Counted from the first letter of the stretch, positions 14,688 through 28,676 are shown. The stretch is DNA of 64,000 bases from Eledone cirrhosa (GCA_964016885.1 OZ024742.1:65720001-65784000), one strand, 5' to 3'. The notes: generated by a model not told the origin, from the sequence alone. Program-made: numbers and translations.

Positions 14688-15360
14688 ATTACGACGATAA
14701 AATGACCGAAAGATAGGAGGAAGAAGACGAAAAAGAAGAAGACGAAGAAGAAGAAGAAGAAGAAGAAGAAGAAGAAGAAGAAGAAGAAGAAGAAGAAGAA
14801 GAAGAAGAAGAAGAAGAAGAAGAAGACAAAAAAGAGAAAAAACACTGACAGAAAAAGAGAAATAAGAATGTTGAGATAAAAGACAGAAGACAAAAGACTT
14901 GAAGGTATAACACAAAATAAACCAGTGGAGTAGGAGTCAAAGACATTTTAGTAGAACTAATCTTTCCAACTAATCATGGCATGAAAAATATGTCAGCATT
15001 GGAGAGGGATTACTGGAAAGGAAACAGATGGATTATCTATAAATATTCATCGGTCAATAGCAATCAGATATGGTTTAGAACTGCTGCGAAGGTCGTAGAG
15101 TTAAGATAACTTTAGTAGTGGTAGTGATGATAATAATGACAGTGTAACATTAATAGAGGCTCTAATAGTAGTGTTATTAACGGCGGTAGTAATAGTGTTG
15201 GTACTAATGTTAGGGGTAATGGCGGAGATATGTGGAAAACAAATGGCGGAAAATAATATGTTTGTATCTAAAATGCACGTCAATATACATCAATATGGCG
15301 GAGAAAGTCACCAATTCATAATTAAGTATTACACATACACACACATAGAGCTATGCCCAC

Positions 15361-15517
<157 letters not shown>

Positions 15518-15579
15518 TTATATATATATATATATATATATATTTACATGCATACATATATACATAGATACACCACAAA

Positions 15580-15647
<68 letters not shown>

Positions 15648-16166
15648 TTTGTGTATCTATGTATCTCGTATGTATCCATGTAAATATCTTTCTCCTTTTT
15701 GCATGTGTCTTCGTGTGTCAGCGTGATCATGTGAGCGATCTGTTTGATTTATTTGTTGCTTTTCTCTGTTAATGCCATCTGTTACACTTGGGGATAGTCA
15801 CTTCAACATGTCATACATACATTTACATGTGTGAGATATGCACAAATACACACATCACTTTCTTTTTCTCTCTCTCTGTCTTCTTTTCTCGCAATCTCTG
15901 TCTTCTGTTCTCAAGACATTTAGCTATATACCTCTATATATGTCTATATCTATATAGATATGTATATATAAATATGCATGTGTATATATATTTATATATG
16001 TAGCATATATATATATATGTCTATATATGTGTACATATAGAGATATGTATTTACATATATGTATATGTACCCCACCACACCCACATATATTATATTTAAT
16101 ACAGAAAGGTCTTTTACAGAACTAGAACTGTTTTATTTGTATCAAAAATGCCCGATGATCTCAGTC

Positions 16167-16222
16167 GAGCATTTCTGATGATTTCATATACGAATGAAAC
16201 AGTTCTAGTTCTGTAGAAGCTC
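16167..16222 (+). ncRNA. Type I hammerhead, H1-related
   Basis: gagcattt-CTGATGA-tttcatatacgaat-GAAA-cag ttctagtt ctg-TA-gaagctc; inverted partial copy at 16111-16140. Confidence 0.75.
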
Positions 16223-16270
16223 TTCCTATATTAGTCAATGTGGTTACCCCCCATTTAACTCTGGATCTAC

Positions 16271-16349
<79 letters not shown>

Positions 16350-17497
16350 GTGTATGCATGTGTGTGTGTGTATGTGAGTATGTCAGTGAATGCTTATACT
16401 CATATATACTGAAACATCATAGCTATATTGTAAGAAAATGAATGAATAAAACACGTATATATTTTCTTTATTATATGTTGAATTCACTCTCCGTTCACGA
16501 CTACTAAGACTCTTATATCTGAACCTGATATTTATATATGCATATGCAAAAACACCACACACACACACGCACACACACACACACGCACGTGTATATGTAT
16601 ATAAAATATGTATATATATATATACATATAAATATATATGCGTGTGTGTGTGTGTGTGTGTGTGTGTGCGCATTCGTATATTTGTATGTGTATATCGCTG
16701 TATATGTGTCAATTTTCTACTCTATAGATACTAAATTGATTCCGCTGATGCGGTAACATTAAGTAGGGAGGACAATGAAATGATACATAAGCAGCACGAC
16801 TTCCTCATTACGTAGTCTACTTGAATTGTTTAGCTAGTATAATCAGTTGAATGATGAATTAGAGAGACTAAAGCAAAACGACCTAAACGACCTTGTGAGG
16901 GTAATTATAATTTATATATTATTTTATTTTGCACATATGATATGTCGGTACAGGTGTCCGTTGGCATATTAGAACAAGAAGCCAAATATTACTCGAACCT
17001 CCCTACTACCTGGTATATCATTGAAAAAAAAACAAAAAACAAAAAACAACAAACAAACGAAAAGCACTGTTTATGTTCCATTACGGTATAATGGATCATG
17101 TCTTATCATGAGAACCTTTGTTCATTCCCACTGCATGGATTCTTTGTAGAATGATCTTTTAATACATAGTCTCGGGTGAACTCAATTCCTTAGTAAAGCT
17201 GGGTAGGCAGATACAATTTATTGAAAGAATGGCCCTTGTCACATCCTGATTCACCCTGAGAATAACTTTACGAGTGCTTTTCTGCGTGGAATACTCAGCT
17301 TAGGAATAATTTTATTTTAACGTGTAGACTCTTCCGTCGAACGAAAAATTCGAAACCGATCTTTAGAAACAATATTACCGAGTAGATTAAAAAGAAAGCG
17401 TGAGTGCCATGCCATTACTGCAACTACAATTGAACAATAAAGAACATATATATAAAGAACATATATGAATAAATAAAATTAGAATTTTATTTCTTAT

Positions 17498-17596
17498 CCT
17501 AGCATACTTATATATACTAGCAGAACTTATATATACTACCATACTTATACATACTAGCATACTTATATATACTAGCATGCTTATATATACTAGCAG
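17498..17596. repeat. About 18-bp minisatellite, about 5 copies
   Basis: tagcatacttatatatac repeated with variants. Confidence 0.7.
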
Positions 17597-17906
17597 AAAA
17601 ACCATGGTTAGCATGTGTAGTGTGCCTATTGATATTATACGCAAGTATATATGCATGTAAATATGATACATCAAATAAAATCGTAATTGACAATATACAC
17701 AGAAATTGAACGAAGACTGCGTTACATTGTCTTATGTAATCAGTAACGTAATCCATGATACATTAAAAACAGACGATATTATATATAATCCTTTCTAGCG
17801 AATATGTGAAAAGATGGCTCTGTATATATGTATATAGATGTTTATTTAAGTATTGTTTTCTTTATCTAGGTGTGCTTAAGGAAGTATGTATGTTCGTATA
17901 CATATA

Positions 17907-17995
<89 letters not shown>

Positions 17996-18003
<8 letters not shown>

Positions 18004-19037
18004 CGTAAAATAAGAAAATTATAAAATTAACTTACTTACTAAAAAATCACTTCCAACTAATTAGTTTCTGGAATGGAGTAAATATATTTTCCGAAGAAAC
18101 ATAGGGAAAATCATTCCGTCATCAGGAAAGTCTTTTTCCGTATAGGTCTCCAGGCATAGCGAGGACACTGGAAACGTATTAAAAAAATAATTCAGTGGAA
18201 TGGAAATAGCGATGCGTGGACTGGATTCCAAGCCATTGAGAAAATCACTGCCTCTACGTCCGTGGCAAATTCAAAAAGAATCAATCACGTGACATCGAGG
18301 TCAATCAGTGGAAAGCGAGTGGTTATTAAGACAGCGGCTAGCTTACTACCATAGTAGCAGTCATGGCCAAATATTGCTCGACAAATGAATTGGAGATAAT
18401 TATAAGGAATTTATATCTAGTAACATTTATATACACACAGATGCATATCAATGCTAGCAAATATATAGGTTTTGTCTTATTAACAATGTGGTTCAATGCA
18501 TGGGGTTGCAGAACAATAATATGAGAGACGTAAAATAAGAAAATTATAAAATTAACTTTTTTAGTAAGTAAGTTAATTTTATAATTTTCTTATTTTACGT
18601 CTCTCATATTATTGTTCTGCAACCCCATGCATTGAACCACATTGTTAATAAGACAAAACCTATATATTTGCTAGCATTGATATGCATCTGTGTGTATATA
18701 AATGTTACTAGATATAAATTCCTTATAATTATCTCCAATTCATTTGTCGAGCAATATTTGGCCATGACTGCTACTATGGTAGTAAGCTGGCCGCTGTCTT
18801 AATAACCACTCGCTTTCCACTGATTGACCTCGATGTCACGTGATTGATTCTTTTTGAATTTACCACGGACGTAGAGGCAGTGATTTTCTCAATGGCTTGG
18901 AATCCAGTCCACGCATCGCTATTTCCATTCCACTGAATTATTTTTTTTAATAAGTTTCCAGTGTCCTCGCTATGCCTGGAGACCTATACGGAAAAAGACT
19001 TTCCTGATGACGGAATGATTTTCCCTATGTTTCTTCG

Positions 19038-19040
<3 letters not shown>
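17996..19040. mobile_element. Retrozyme/pLTR-like 525-nt monomer plus inverted copy (family H3)
   Basis: atgagagacgtaaaataag... repeats at 17996 and 18521; 18557-19040 is the reverse complement of the left unit. Confidence 0.75.
18049..18131 (-). ncRNA. Type I hammerhead with long stem II and palindromic stem III (H3)
   Basis: actttc-CTGATGA-cggaatg...cattcca-GAAA-ctaattag-TT-ggaagt. Confidence 0.75.
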
Positions 19041-19073
<33 letters not shown>

Positions 19074-19164
19074 CGAAGGAAATGTGGTAAGGAACCAGGT
19101 GGACCATAACGCACCAAAGTACTCAATACTTGAGGTAGTAGAGTGTGTAATAGGAACCAGTAAG

Positions 19165-19258
19165 ACCCCGACAGCTGAGCTCAAGCCGTTTCGACGGCTA
19201 ATTCTGGACTAAATGAAAATTTATCCTGGTATTTAAATAGCCGATCTTCTCAAGGGGT
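19165..19258 (-). ncRNA. Type I hammerhead, U3-A8 variant (H2)
   Basis: Reverse complement of 20154-20247. Confidence 0.75.
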
Positions 19259-20153
19259 AATTCCATATATGGTCAAAGTGATTGTCAAAAATCAGTAGTA
19301 ATTCTGTGGTTGCAAATTAGTAGGGGAGATGGTGGCTAAACCTGCCAGTAGGAGAAAGAGGGGAGGGGGTGGAGTAGCCCCAATCAAGCGTTTGTAGTAC
19401 CAGCTACAGCTGGGCATGAGGTCAAAGAAGATACAGGGGAGGGGGAGGAAGTCGGAACGGTAGGTAGAACAATGGGGGGTAGAAATATATAGGAAAGAAA
19501 AAATACTGAGAGTGAAGAAAAGCAAATAAGTGTAAAGAAAAACAAATGAGTGTAAAGAAAAAAGTAAAGTAAATTAAATTCTACGACCTAGGTCTTTAGC
19601 TATTGTTAGTCTAGAATAAATAAATAAATAAAGAAAGAAAGAAGTAAAGAAAGAAATAAAGAAATAACGAAATAAGTAAAAGAACTAGGTGGGACGGAAT
19701 AGGCGAGGACCCTTTTAAGAGGTATAAGTACGTAAATGATACGGTGACGGGTCAACAAAAGGGGCCAAAATACTAAAGAGACTACCACGAAATAAACAAT
19801 AAAGGTTTCCATCCCGGGCACAATTCCAGCAACCACCCGGTGCAGCAAAGTGAACTAATACGAGATAATAATTCTGAGTCCCGAGAAAAATATATACTAA
19901 TGCTAACTCTAAAAGATCTATTTCTACCCCCCATTGTTCTACCTACCGTTCCGACTTCTTCCCCCTCCCCCTCCCCTGTATCTTCTTTGACCTCATGCCC
20001 AGCTGTAGCTGGTACTACAAACGCTTGATTGGGGCTACTCCACCCCCTCCCCTCTTTCTCCTACTGGCAGGTTTAGCCACCATCTCCCCTACTAATTTGC
20101 AACCACAGAATTACTACTGATTTTTGACAATCACTTTGACCATATATGGAATT

Positions 20154-20247
20154 ACCCCTTGAGAAGATCGGCTATTTAAATACCAGGATAAATTTTCATT
20201 TAGTCCAGAATTAGCCGTCGAAACGGCTTGAGCTCAGCTGTCGGGGT
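20154..20247 (+). ncRNA. Type I hammerhead, U3-A8 variant (H2)
   Basis: acccc-TTGAGAA-gatcggcta...tagccgtc-GAAA-cggct tgagctc agctg-TC-ggggt; all three stems pair; GUC triplet. Confidence 0.78.
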
Positions 20248-20258
20248 CTTACTGGTTC

Positions 20259-20290
<32 letters not shown>

Positions 20291-20334
20291 AAGTTAAATA
20301 AAAGTCAAATGATTAAAATTTAGCTTCGTTTATT

Positions 20335-20389
20335 ACTGCTATATATATTTCAGTGACAGCCATCTTTGGCTGTGACCTCTTCAGGCAGT
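20335..20389 (-). ncRNA. Type I hammerhead (H4)
   Basis: actgc-CTGAAGA-ggtcacagcc aaagat ggctgtcact-GAAA-tatata-TA-gcagt, then aataaa. Confidence 0.8.
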
Positions 20390-20764
20390 TTGAATTAGTA
20401 TGGTATAGACAAGTACATATGTTGTTTAGGTGTATGATATTGTCAATACTCTGATATGCCCAGTTCCTTGTTGGGTTGTTAATTCGTATATATATATACG
20501 TGTAGACATAAGGGAAATGCATGCGCGGCGCAGCAACCGGTGGCATGAACAGAACAAGCTGCTAGAAATGGCACCCACTAAAATGGCGAAACATTCTCCT
20601 GGTGAGTGTGTACATGTGTGATTTAGGTGAGGTTGGTTTCTCATTTCAATTTATACTTTTAATTTTATGTTTTTCCTATGCCTCTAGTAGCTTATATTCT
20701 CTTCACGCTGGTGGTTTGGAATTCCTGTAAAGAAAAACACTCTCTGTGTCTTTCCCCTCTATAT

Positions 20765-20843
<79 letters not shown>

Positions 20844-20925
20844 GTTATTCCGGGTTGAATCGGAAGTAACCACAGTAAGTAAGGTACTCAATACATAGCA
20901 GAGTATAACAGTTTTAATATAGATG

Positions 20926-20976
20926 AGATTCTACAGGACTAGAACTGTTTCATTCATTAGAAATCATCAGGAATCT
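20926..20976 (-). ncRNA. Type I hammerhead (H1)
   Basis: agattc-CTGATGA-tttctaatgaat-GAAA-cag ttctagtc ctg-TA-gaatct. Confidence 0.85.
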
Positions 20977-21586
20977 GGGTATCAAAAAATAAATATGGTA
21001 TTTATAGGTCTCTACAAGTGGTAGGAGAGGGTGGGGAGTGGGATGGGTGCAGGTCATTGGTTGATAGAGAAGGGAATTCATTAAAAGTTGTTTGTTTGTT
21101 TGTTTGTTTGTTTGTTTGTTTGCTTGTTTTTTTGTGAATGTGTCTGTTGATTTGGCATATTGTTGATTAGTTTAAGAGAAGTTCGAAGATAATAGGAAGA
21201 TATGCACTCAGTATTTTGAATCTGTCTGCAGAATTCCCTAGACCTTTGTCACTTAGTAGAACCTTAATGACTTTAGCTTTTAAAGAATCTCCCTTTTCTT
21301 TAATTCTATCGAGCATGAATGACCCCCCACTGATTTTATAGACATCTGCTAGCTTAAGAGAAACTTATTGACAAGGAATGGTATGCCATCCGGAACCTGT
21401 TTATAGAATTCTGTCTGCCTTTGTTACTCTAAAAACATAAATAAATATAAATTAACTATAGCTATGTAGAATTAGCTTTTAATGAATTCCCTTCTCTATC
21501 AACCAATGACCTGCACCCATCCCACTCCCCACCCTCTCCTACCACTTGTAGAGACCTATAAATACCATATTTATTTTTTGATACCC

Positions 21587-21637
21587 AGATTCCTGATGAT
21601 TTCTAATGAATGAAACAGTTCTAGTCCTGTAGAATCT
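21587..21637 (+). ncRNA. Type I hammerhead (H1)
   Basis: Same motif on the plus strand; 6-bp stem I agattc/gaatct. Confidence 0.85.
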
Positions 21638-21649
21638 CATCTATATTAA

Positions 21650-21703
<54 letters not shown>

Positions 21704-21706
<3 letters not shown>

Positions 21707-21976
21707 AAACACTGATACAAGTATAAATGTGTTCGTATTGCAAATGACCAAGTTAGCTAGATTGAAAAATACTAATTAAAATAATACAGTTTGCCTGTCT
21801 CGATCTAAAATAATAAATCAATAAAAACAAATCTATATTGGCAAAAGCCGTGATACCTGGACAAATTTAAATTTCAAACTTAAAATTTGTTTCGCAACCA
21901 TTAATTAGTATTTTTCAATCTAGCTAATTTGGTCATTTGCAATACGAACACATGTGTACTCGTATCAGTGTTTATC
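21704..21976. repeat. Inverted repeat, about 75-bp arms
   Basis: gataaacactgatac...tactaatta / taattagta...gtatcagtgtttatc. Confidence 0.8.
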
Positions 21977-22190
21977 CCTATCATTTGTATTACACGGCTC
22001 AGAAATATTCCTTTCTTTGAGCTAGTTAATTGTAAAAGACGATTTGAGTTTATATATATATATATATACACACACACACAAAGCGAATAACTATGTGTAT
22101 ACTCTGGGAATGTATCTTACATTGCCCATTGAGTACGCTGAGATGCAACCGGTCCTGGCATTAATAAATATGCTGGGTCCGTCAACTCCT

Positions 22191-22275
<85 letters not shown>

Positions 22276-22734
22276 TATATATATATATATATATATATGC
22301 ATATATATGTATATAAAATATACATACTACCTTAAGCACACCTAGAAAAAGAAAACAATTCTTAGATAAACATCTATATACATATATACAGAGCCATCTT
22401 TTCAGATATTCGCTAGAAAGGATTATATATACACAGCAACAGCTATGCAGACTTATTAAAAATAATGATGAAAACAAACAAATAAACATACAGAGAAAAA
22501 AGACAGCCATAGGCACACAGAAACACTGGAGTATACACGTTTCATATATATACATATACACACTTAAACACAATGTTTTCCAGTCCACTATAAATCTATC
22601 CAGGTATAGATCTTTAATTGAGCGTGAATAAGCGATTCATTCAACTCAATTTGTTGAATCTCACGATATTTCTTGTTTAATTAGATTGGACACAAAAAGA
22701 GGAATAATGAAATAAAAGAAATGAGGAGTAGGTT

Positions 22735-25385
22735 GTATGGTAGTGGTGGCGATGGTGGTGTTGGTGGTTGTGGTGGTGGTGGTGTTAGTGGTTGTAGTTG
22801 TGGTGGCGGTGGTGGTGTTAGCGGTTGTGGTGGTGGTAGTGGTGGTGGTGGTGGTGGTGGTGATGGTGGTGGTGGTGGTGGTGGTTGTTGTGGTGGTGGT
22901 GCTGGTGCTGGTGGTGTTAGTGGTTGTGGTGGTGGTGGTGGTGTTAGTGGTTGTGGTTGTGGTGGTGGCGGTGTTAGTGGTTGTGGTTGTAGTGGTGGTG
23001 GTGGTGGTGTTAGTGGTTGTGGTTGTGGTGGTGGTGCTGGTGGTGATGGTAGTGGTTGTGGTGTTGGTGGTGGTGATGATGGTAGTGGTGATGGAGGTGG
23101 CGGTGGTGGTGTTAGTGGTTGTAGTTGTGGTGGTGGTGGTGATGATGGTGGTGGTGATGGTGGTAGTGGTGGTGGTGTTAGTGGTTGTGGTTGTGGTGGT
23201 GGTGGTGGTGATGATGGTGGTGGTGATGGTGGTGCTGGTGGTGGTGTTAGTGGTTGAGGTTGTGGTGGTGATGATGGTGGTGGTGATGGTGGTGCTGGTG
23301 GTGGTGTTAGTGGTTGTAGTTGTGGTGGCGGTGGTGGTGTTAGTGGTTGTGGTTGTGGAGGTGGTAGTGGTGATGATGGTAGTGGTGATGGTGGTGGCGG
23401 TGTTAGTGGTTGTGGTTGTGGTCGTAGTGGTGGTGGCGATGGTGGTAGTGGTGATGATGGTGGTGGTGGTGTTAGTGGATGTGTTTGTGGTGGTGGTGGT
23501 AATGGTTATTATGGTAGTGGTGATGGTGGTGGTGTTAGTGGTTGTGGTGGTGGCGATGTTGGTAGTGGTGATGGTGGTGGCGGTGGTGGTGTTAGTGGTT
23601 GCGGTTGTGGTGGTGGTGGTGTTAGTTGTTGTGGTTGTGGTGGTGGTGTTAGTTGTTGTGGTTGTGGTGGTGGTGGTGGTGGTGGTGTTAGTGGTTGTGG
23701 CTGTGGTGGTGGTGGTGGTGTTAGTGGTTGTGGTTGTGGTGGTGGTGGTGGTGTTAGTGGCTGTGATTGTGGTGGTGGTCGCGGTGGTGATGATGGTAGT
23801 GGTGATGGTGGTGGTGGTGGTGGTGGTATTAGTAGTTGTGGTTGTGGAGGTGGTAGTGGGGATGATGGTACTGGTGATGGTGGTGGCGGTGTTAGTGGTT
23901 GTGGTTGTGGTTGTAGTGGTGGTGGAGGTGATGGTGGTAGTGGTGATGGTGGTGGTGGTGGCGTTAGTCATTGTGGTTGTGGTGGTGGTGGTCATGGTTA
24001 TTATGGTAGTGGTGATGGTGGTGGTGTTAGTGGTTGTGGTTGTGGTGGTGGTGGCGATGTTGGTAGTGGTGATGGTGGTGGTGGCGATGTTGGTAGTGGT
24101 GATGGTGGTGGTGGTGGTGGTGGTGTTAGTGGTTGTGGTTGTGGTGGTGGTGGTGGTGGTGGTGATGGTGATTGTGATGGTGGTGGCGGTGGTGGTGTTA
24201 GTGGTTGCGGTTGTGGTGGTGGTGGTGGTGTTAGTGGCTGTGGTTTTGGTGGTGGTGGCGGTGGTGGTGTTAGTGGTTGCGGTTGTGGTAGTGGTGGTGA
24301 TGATGGTAGTGGTGATGGTGTGGTGGTGGTGTGTTAGTGGTTGTAATTGTGGTGGTGGTGGTGGTGGTAGTGGTGATGATGGTAGTGGTGATGGTTGTGG
24401 CAGTGGTGGTGTTAGTGGTTTTGGTTGTGGTGGTAGTGGTGGTGATGATGGTGGTGGTGATGGTGGTGGTGGTGTTAGTGGTTGTGGTTGTGGTTGTGGT
24501 GGTGGTGTTAGTGGTTGTGGTTGTGGTTGTAGTGGTGGTGGAGGTGATGGTGGTAGTGGTGATGGTGGTGGTGGTGGTGGTGGTGGTGGTCGTGGTTATT
24601 ATGGTAGTGGCGATGGTGGTGGTGTTAGTGGTTGTGGTTGTTGTGGTGGTGGCGATGTTGGTAGTGGTGATGGTGGTGGTGGTAGTGGTGGTGGTGGGGG
24701 ATGTGGTGGTGGGTGTGATAATGGTGGTGGTGGTGGTGGTGGTGGCGATGGTACTGATGATGGTGGCGGTAGTGGTTGTGGTGTTGGTAGGGGTGATGGT
24801 GGTGATAGTGGTTGTGGTGTTGGCGGTGGTGGTGGTGATGTTGTTGGTGGTGGTAGTGGTTCTGGTGTTGGCGGTGGTGGTGGAGGTTGTGGTGGTGGTA
24901 GTGGTCGTGGTGTTGGTTGTAGCTGTGGTGGTGGTGTTGGAGGGGTGGTGGTGTTGGTGGTGGTGGAGTTGCTGGAGGTGGTGGTGGCGATAGTGGTTTT
25001 AGAGGCGGTGGCGGCGGTGTTGGTGATGGTGATGGTGGAGGTGGTGGTTGTGGTGTTGGCGGTGGTGGTGGAGGTTGTGGTGGTGGTGTTGGTGGTGGTG
25101 GAGTTGCTGGAGGTGGTGGTGGCGATAGTGGTTTTAGAGGCGGTGGCGGCGGTGTTGGTGATGGTGATGGTGGAGGTGGTGGTTGTGGTGTTGGCGGTGG
25201 TGGTGGAGGTTGTGGTGGTGGTGTTGGTGGTGGTGGAGTTGCTGGAGGTGGTGGTGGCGATAGTGGTTTTAGAGGCGGTGGCGGCGGTGATGGTGATGGT
25301 GGAGGTGGTGGTGGTTGTGGCGGCGGTGGCGGCGGCGGTGGCGGCGGCGGCGGCGGTGGTGGTGTCGTGGTGGTGGAGGTGGTGA
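22735..25385 (-). repeat. (NGT)n low-complexity tract; possible Thr-rich mucin-like exon
   Basis: Minus strand reads ACC/ACT/ACA Thr codons with Asn/Ile/Ala/Ser; 135-bp internal repeat at 24991, 25126 and 25261; three apparent 1-nt frameshifts. Confidence is for the repeat, not for coding status. Confidence 0.75.
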
Positions 25386-26329
25386 CGTTTGTGGCGGCCA
25401 GTTGATGCAAGACAAAATGGAAAATGAACAGCAAATCAAATCAAAAGACGTCATAGCATATAATTAAAACCAATATATATATAACAATAATATTTATTAT
25501 TATAATAGTGATGATGATAATGATAATATTAACGCCGATAAGAAAACGCGAAGCTAAAAAATATTTAAAATTTCATAAATATGACGAAACGAAACAAAAC
25601 TTTTTTCCATAGCCGAAAGAATTTAGCATGCTTAAAATGTTTTATTTCTCATTCTTCATTGATTTACGCGAATGATCTCCCTTCAAGCTACAACTCTCTA
25701 GATAATGAGGAAAAGTAGATTTGCGCGTGGCTGAGGGAGTTTCGTTGCGGATAGCCTCATACATTATATGAACACAATAGGTTTTGTGTTAATGTATATT
25801 TATTTGTTACAGCGTTTTGTTTTAAAAATTATAAAATTTTTATTAAATTCATTTTGGTTTTATTTCTCTTTCAAGAAGAATTGCGTCATTATTATTAAGA
25901 GAAGAGATATGCCATCTTGTGAATTTTAATATTACTAATAATTCTAATATATAGTGTCGTAGGTTTTGTTTCATAATTTCAAATGTATTCAATGTATACG
26001 CAGTTTACACGTAAGGGAACGAGGAACTGTGAGAAGTGGAAGGAGGTTCCAGGAGTGCTGAATCCGTTGACAATATTTCCTAGTTTTTAAAACGTATTTC
26101 TCATCTTAATGTTTGAAAAGTAAACGCAACATCATCCTCTTTTCTATTTGATTTATTACATAGGCACAAGGTCACTAATTTGTGGGGAAGGTTATAGTCG
26201 GAGATCATCTTTTGTCGAGTTAAGTAACACCATGTCGTCTGCAAATTTCAACCGACTGATTTTATACCTGCCTGTTGTGATACTACTTTCAACCCGGCTG
26301 CACTTGCCAATCCTGTTCATGAAAATAAC

Positions 26330-26515
26330 GGTTTCTTATATAGGCACAAGACCTGAAATTTTGTGGGAGAGGAAAGTCGATTAAATCAACCCCAGTGCGT
26401 GACTGGTACTTTATTTTATCGACCCCGTAAGAATGAAAGGCAAAGTTGACCTCGGTGGGTTTTAAGATCAGATCATAAGGGACCGTAACTCTATACTGCT
26501 AATCCACCGCCCTAA
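26330..26515 (-). mobile_element. SINE family A
   Basis: actggtactttattttatcgaccccgtaagaatgaaaggcaaagttgacctcgg. Confidence 0.75.
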
Positions 26516-26559
26516 ATTCATGAAAATAATAAACAGGAGAGGTGGCAGTATGCACCCTT

Positions 26560-27895
26560 AGCAGAGCCCGACTCCCATATTAAATGCTTTCGATTTGGCA
26601 CTGCCTTGGACAGTTTGGTGTGGGGAAAATGAATGACAAAGGACAGTGCCTTCCCGAGTTGTGCACCCATCGCAGCCTGTGCATCACCAACTCCTACTTC
26701 CGCATCAGACCACTACACAGTGTTTCCTGGGGACATCCGCACTCAAAGCATTGGCCTCAGCTGGACCTTATCCTCATCAGATGTGCCGCCATCAGGAACG
26801 TTCTCCACACACGCTCTTTCCACAGCGGGGACTGCGGCACAGACCACTCCTTGGTTGTAAGATAAGGTTACAACCGAAGAGATTCAAGCATGACAAGAAA
26901 CAGAGGAACACCCGCATCGATGTCAACAAGATATCCTAACCAAACCTTGTAGGGCAATATAAGGCCATGGTGGACACCAAGATAAGCACCCTCTACAAAA
27001 ACAAGGGCGAAATAATCGACTGCAACAACTAACTGGATGGGCATCCCGCTTCTCAGAATCGTCGGCAAAGTATTAACATGGTTCATTTTGATCCACTCGC
27101 AGAAGCTGGCAGAACGTGTCTACACAGAATCACAGTACGGTTTCCAAGTTGAAGATCAACCGTGGAATTGGTCTTCTCCCTTCGTCAACTCCAGGAAAAG
27201 TGCAGGGAACTCACCTAGACGGCCTTTTCGAGATATTTCCAAAGATTGGCTGACCACTGATCGAATCATTCTCCACTAAGATAAGAGGGAAGGTGCAGTT
27301 TAACGAGAGCACATCGGAGCCGTTCAACATTCACAGTGGCGTCAAACAAGGCTGCGTCCTTGCGCCCACACTCTGGGATTTTCCTCGCTCTGCTCTTGAG
27401 GTGCGCATTCAGTGCTGCAACGGAGAGGATCTTCCTGTGCACCTGATCGGACGACAAGCTTTGAACCTCGTCAGCCTCTGAGTGAGGACAAAAGTGTACG
27501 AGACCCTTATCACACATGCTGTTTCCCGATGATGTAGCGGTTGTGGCACACTTCCAGCAGGAACTCCAGATTCTGATGGACGATTTATCCCTTGCCTGCA
27601 GTGATTTCAGACTGATAATCAGCCTTAAGTAGACATACGTCTTGAGACAGGAAAAAGAATTACCGCCAGGCATCAAAATCGACTACGAACTTGATGCCGT
27701 CTATCAGTTCACTTACTTCGGTTCCATCATCACTGACCACGTCGCTCAGAACACTGCTCGACAAGAATATTGGGAAGGCAGTCACAATACTTGCTCGCCT
27801 CACAAACCGAGTGTGAAAAACCCTCAAGTTAACGGTAAAAACGAAGATGGCAGTGTATAAAGCCTGCGTCATCGGCTCTCTGTTGTCTGACAGTG
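26560..27895 (+). pseudogene. RTE-clade LINE fragment (AP endonuclease + RT, internally deleted)
   Basis: FGVGKMND...LCITNSYF...SKHWPQLDLIL...DCGTDHSLV (APE); GVKQGCVLAPTL and LFPDD (RT); frameshifts. Confidence 0.85.
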
Positions 27896-28109
27896 TTGTC
27901 TACGCCGTATCCTGGGTAGATCCTGTCAAGACAGTGTTCAACACCGAGGTCTTGATTCGTGCTGTCCTTCCCATAATGTCCACTGCGATACAACGACGTT
28001 GTAAAGAGACAACTGTGTTTAATTTATTAATTTTTAAACTTAAAATGAACACAAAAAGAAGGAATGTGAAAATTATGAAAAAACATATAACTGCTTTCTG
28101 TTTAGGGTT

Positions 28110-28245
28110 CATGCTAGCAAATTGATCTACTATATTATAACCGAGTTTACTAGACAACTCTTTTTTAACGGAGAGCAAAGCTAACACAGACAATCTTTTC
28201 TCGTCCATTTTTATACGAATGTAGGATTTTACGTGTTTCAACCAA
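28110..28245 (-). pseudogene. hAT transposase C-terminal dimerisation domain fragment
   Basis: KSYIRIKMDEKRLSVLALLSVKKELSSKLGYNIVDQFA resembles the hATC consensus. Confidence 0.6.
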
Positions 28246-28611
28246 TTAATGCCTCACACTGCAACTGCGTTAGTATTTGGTGTGGTCAGAAAATTGAGGA
28301 ACAATTTGTACAGTTTGGGATAATGGGGACAAATCTTAGTGGTAATCTTGGATTTAAGTATATTTTTGGTGGACATTTTCTCGAATTTGAATTTGCCATA
28401 TTGCATTATTATTCCTATGAATGAAAAACTCTGGTACGATTTCAGATTGACAGCCGATAATGTCAGAATGCGTGTCTGCTAAAATGTCTAATTGTTTCAC
28501 ATCATCTGCGTTGCCGAATTACCTCGACTTTAGCGAACTACGTCACTGATATATGTACTGTTATATGCATATTCTCACATATTCAGACCAAATTACATGT
28601 GTACCCCATTC

Positions 28612-28676
<65 letters not shown>

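Larger units (their letters stand above)
19072..20262. mobile_element. Family H2 fold-back element (about 335-bp inverted arms, about 430-bp spacer)
   Basis: 19150-19487 is the near-perfect reverse complement of 19919-20262; (TA)n on both sides. Confidence 0.85.
20844..21653. mobile_element. Family H1 fold-back element
   Basis: About 180-bp inverted arms 20910-21089 / 21474-21653, each with an HHR; (TA)n flanks. Confidence 0.85.

Noticed and set aside
22737-25385. 882-aa poly-Val ORF and the Gly-rich or Pro-rich alternative frames
   Set aside because: Open only because the triplet repeat lacks stops; composition is implausible for a protein
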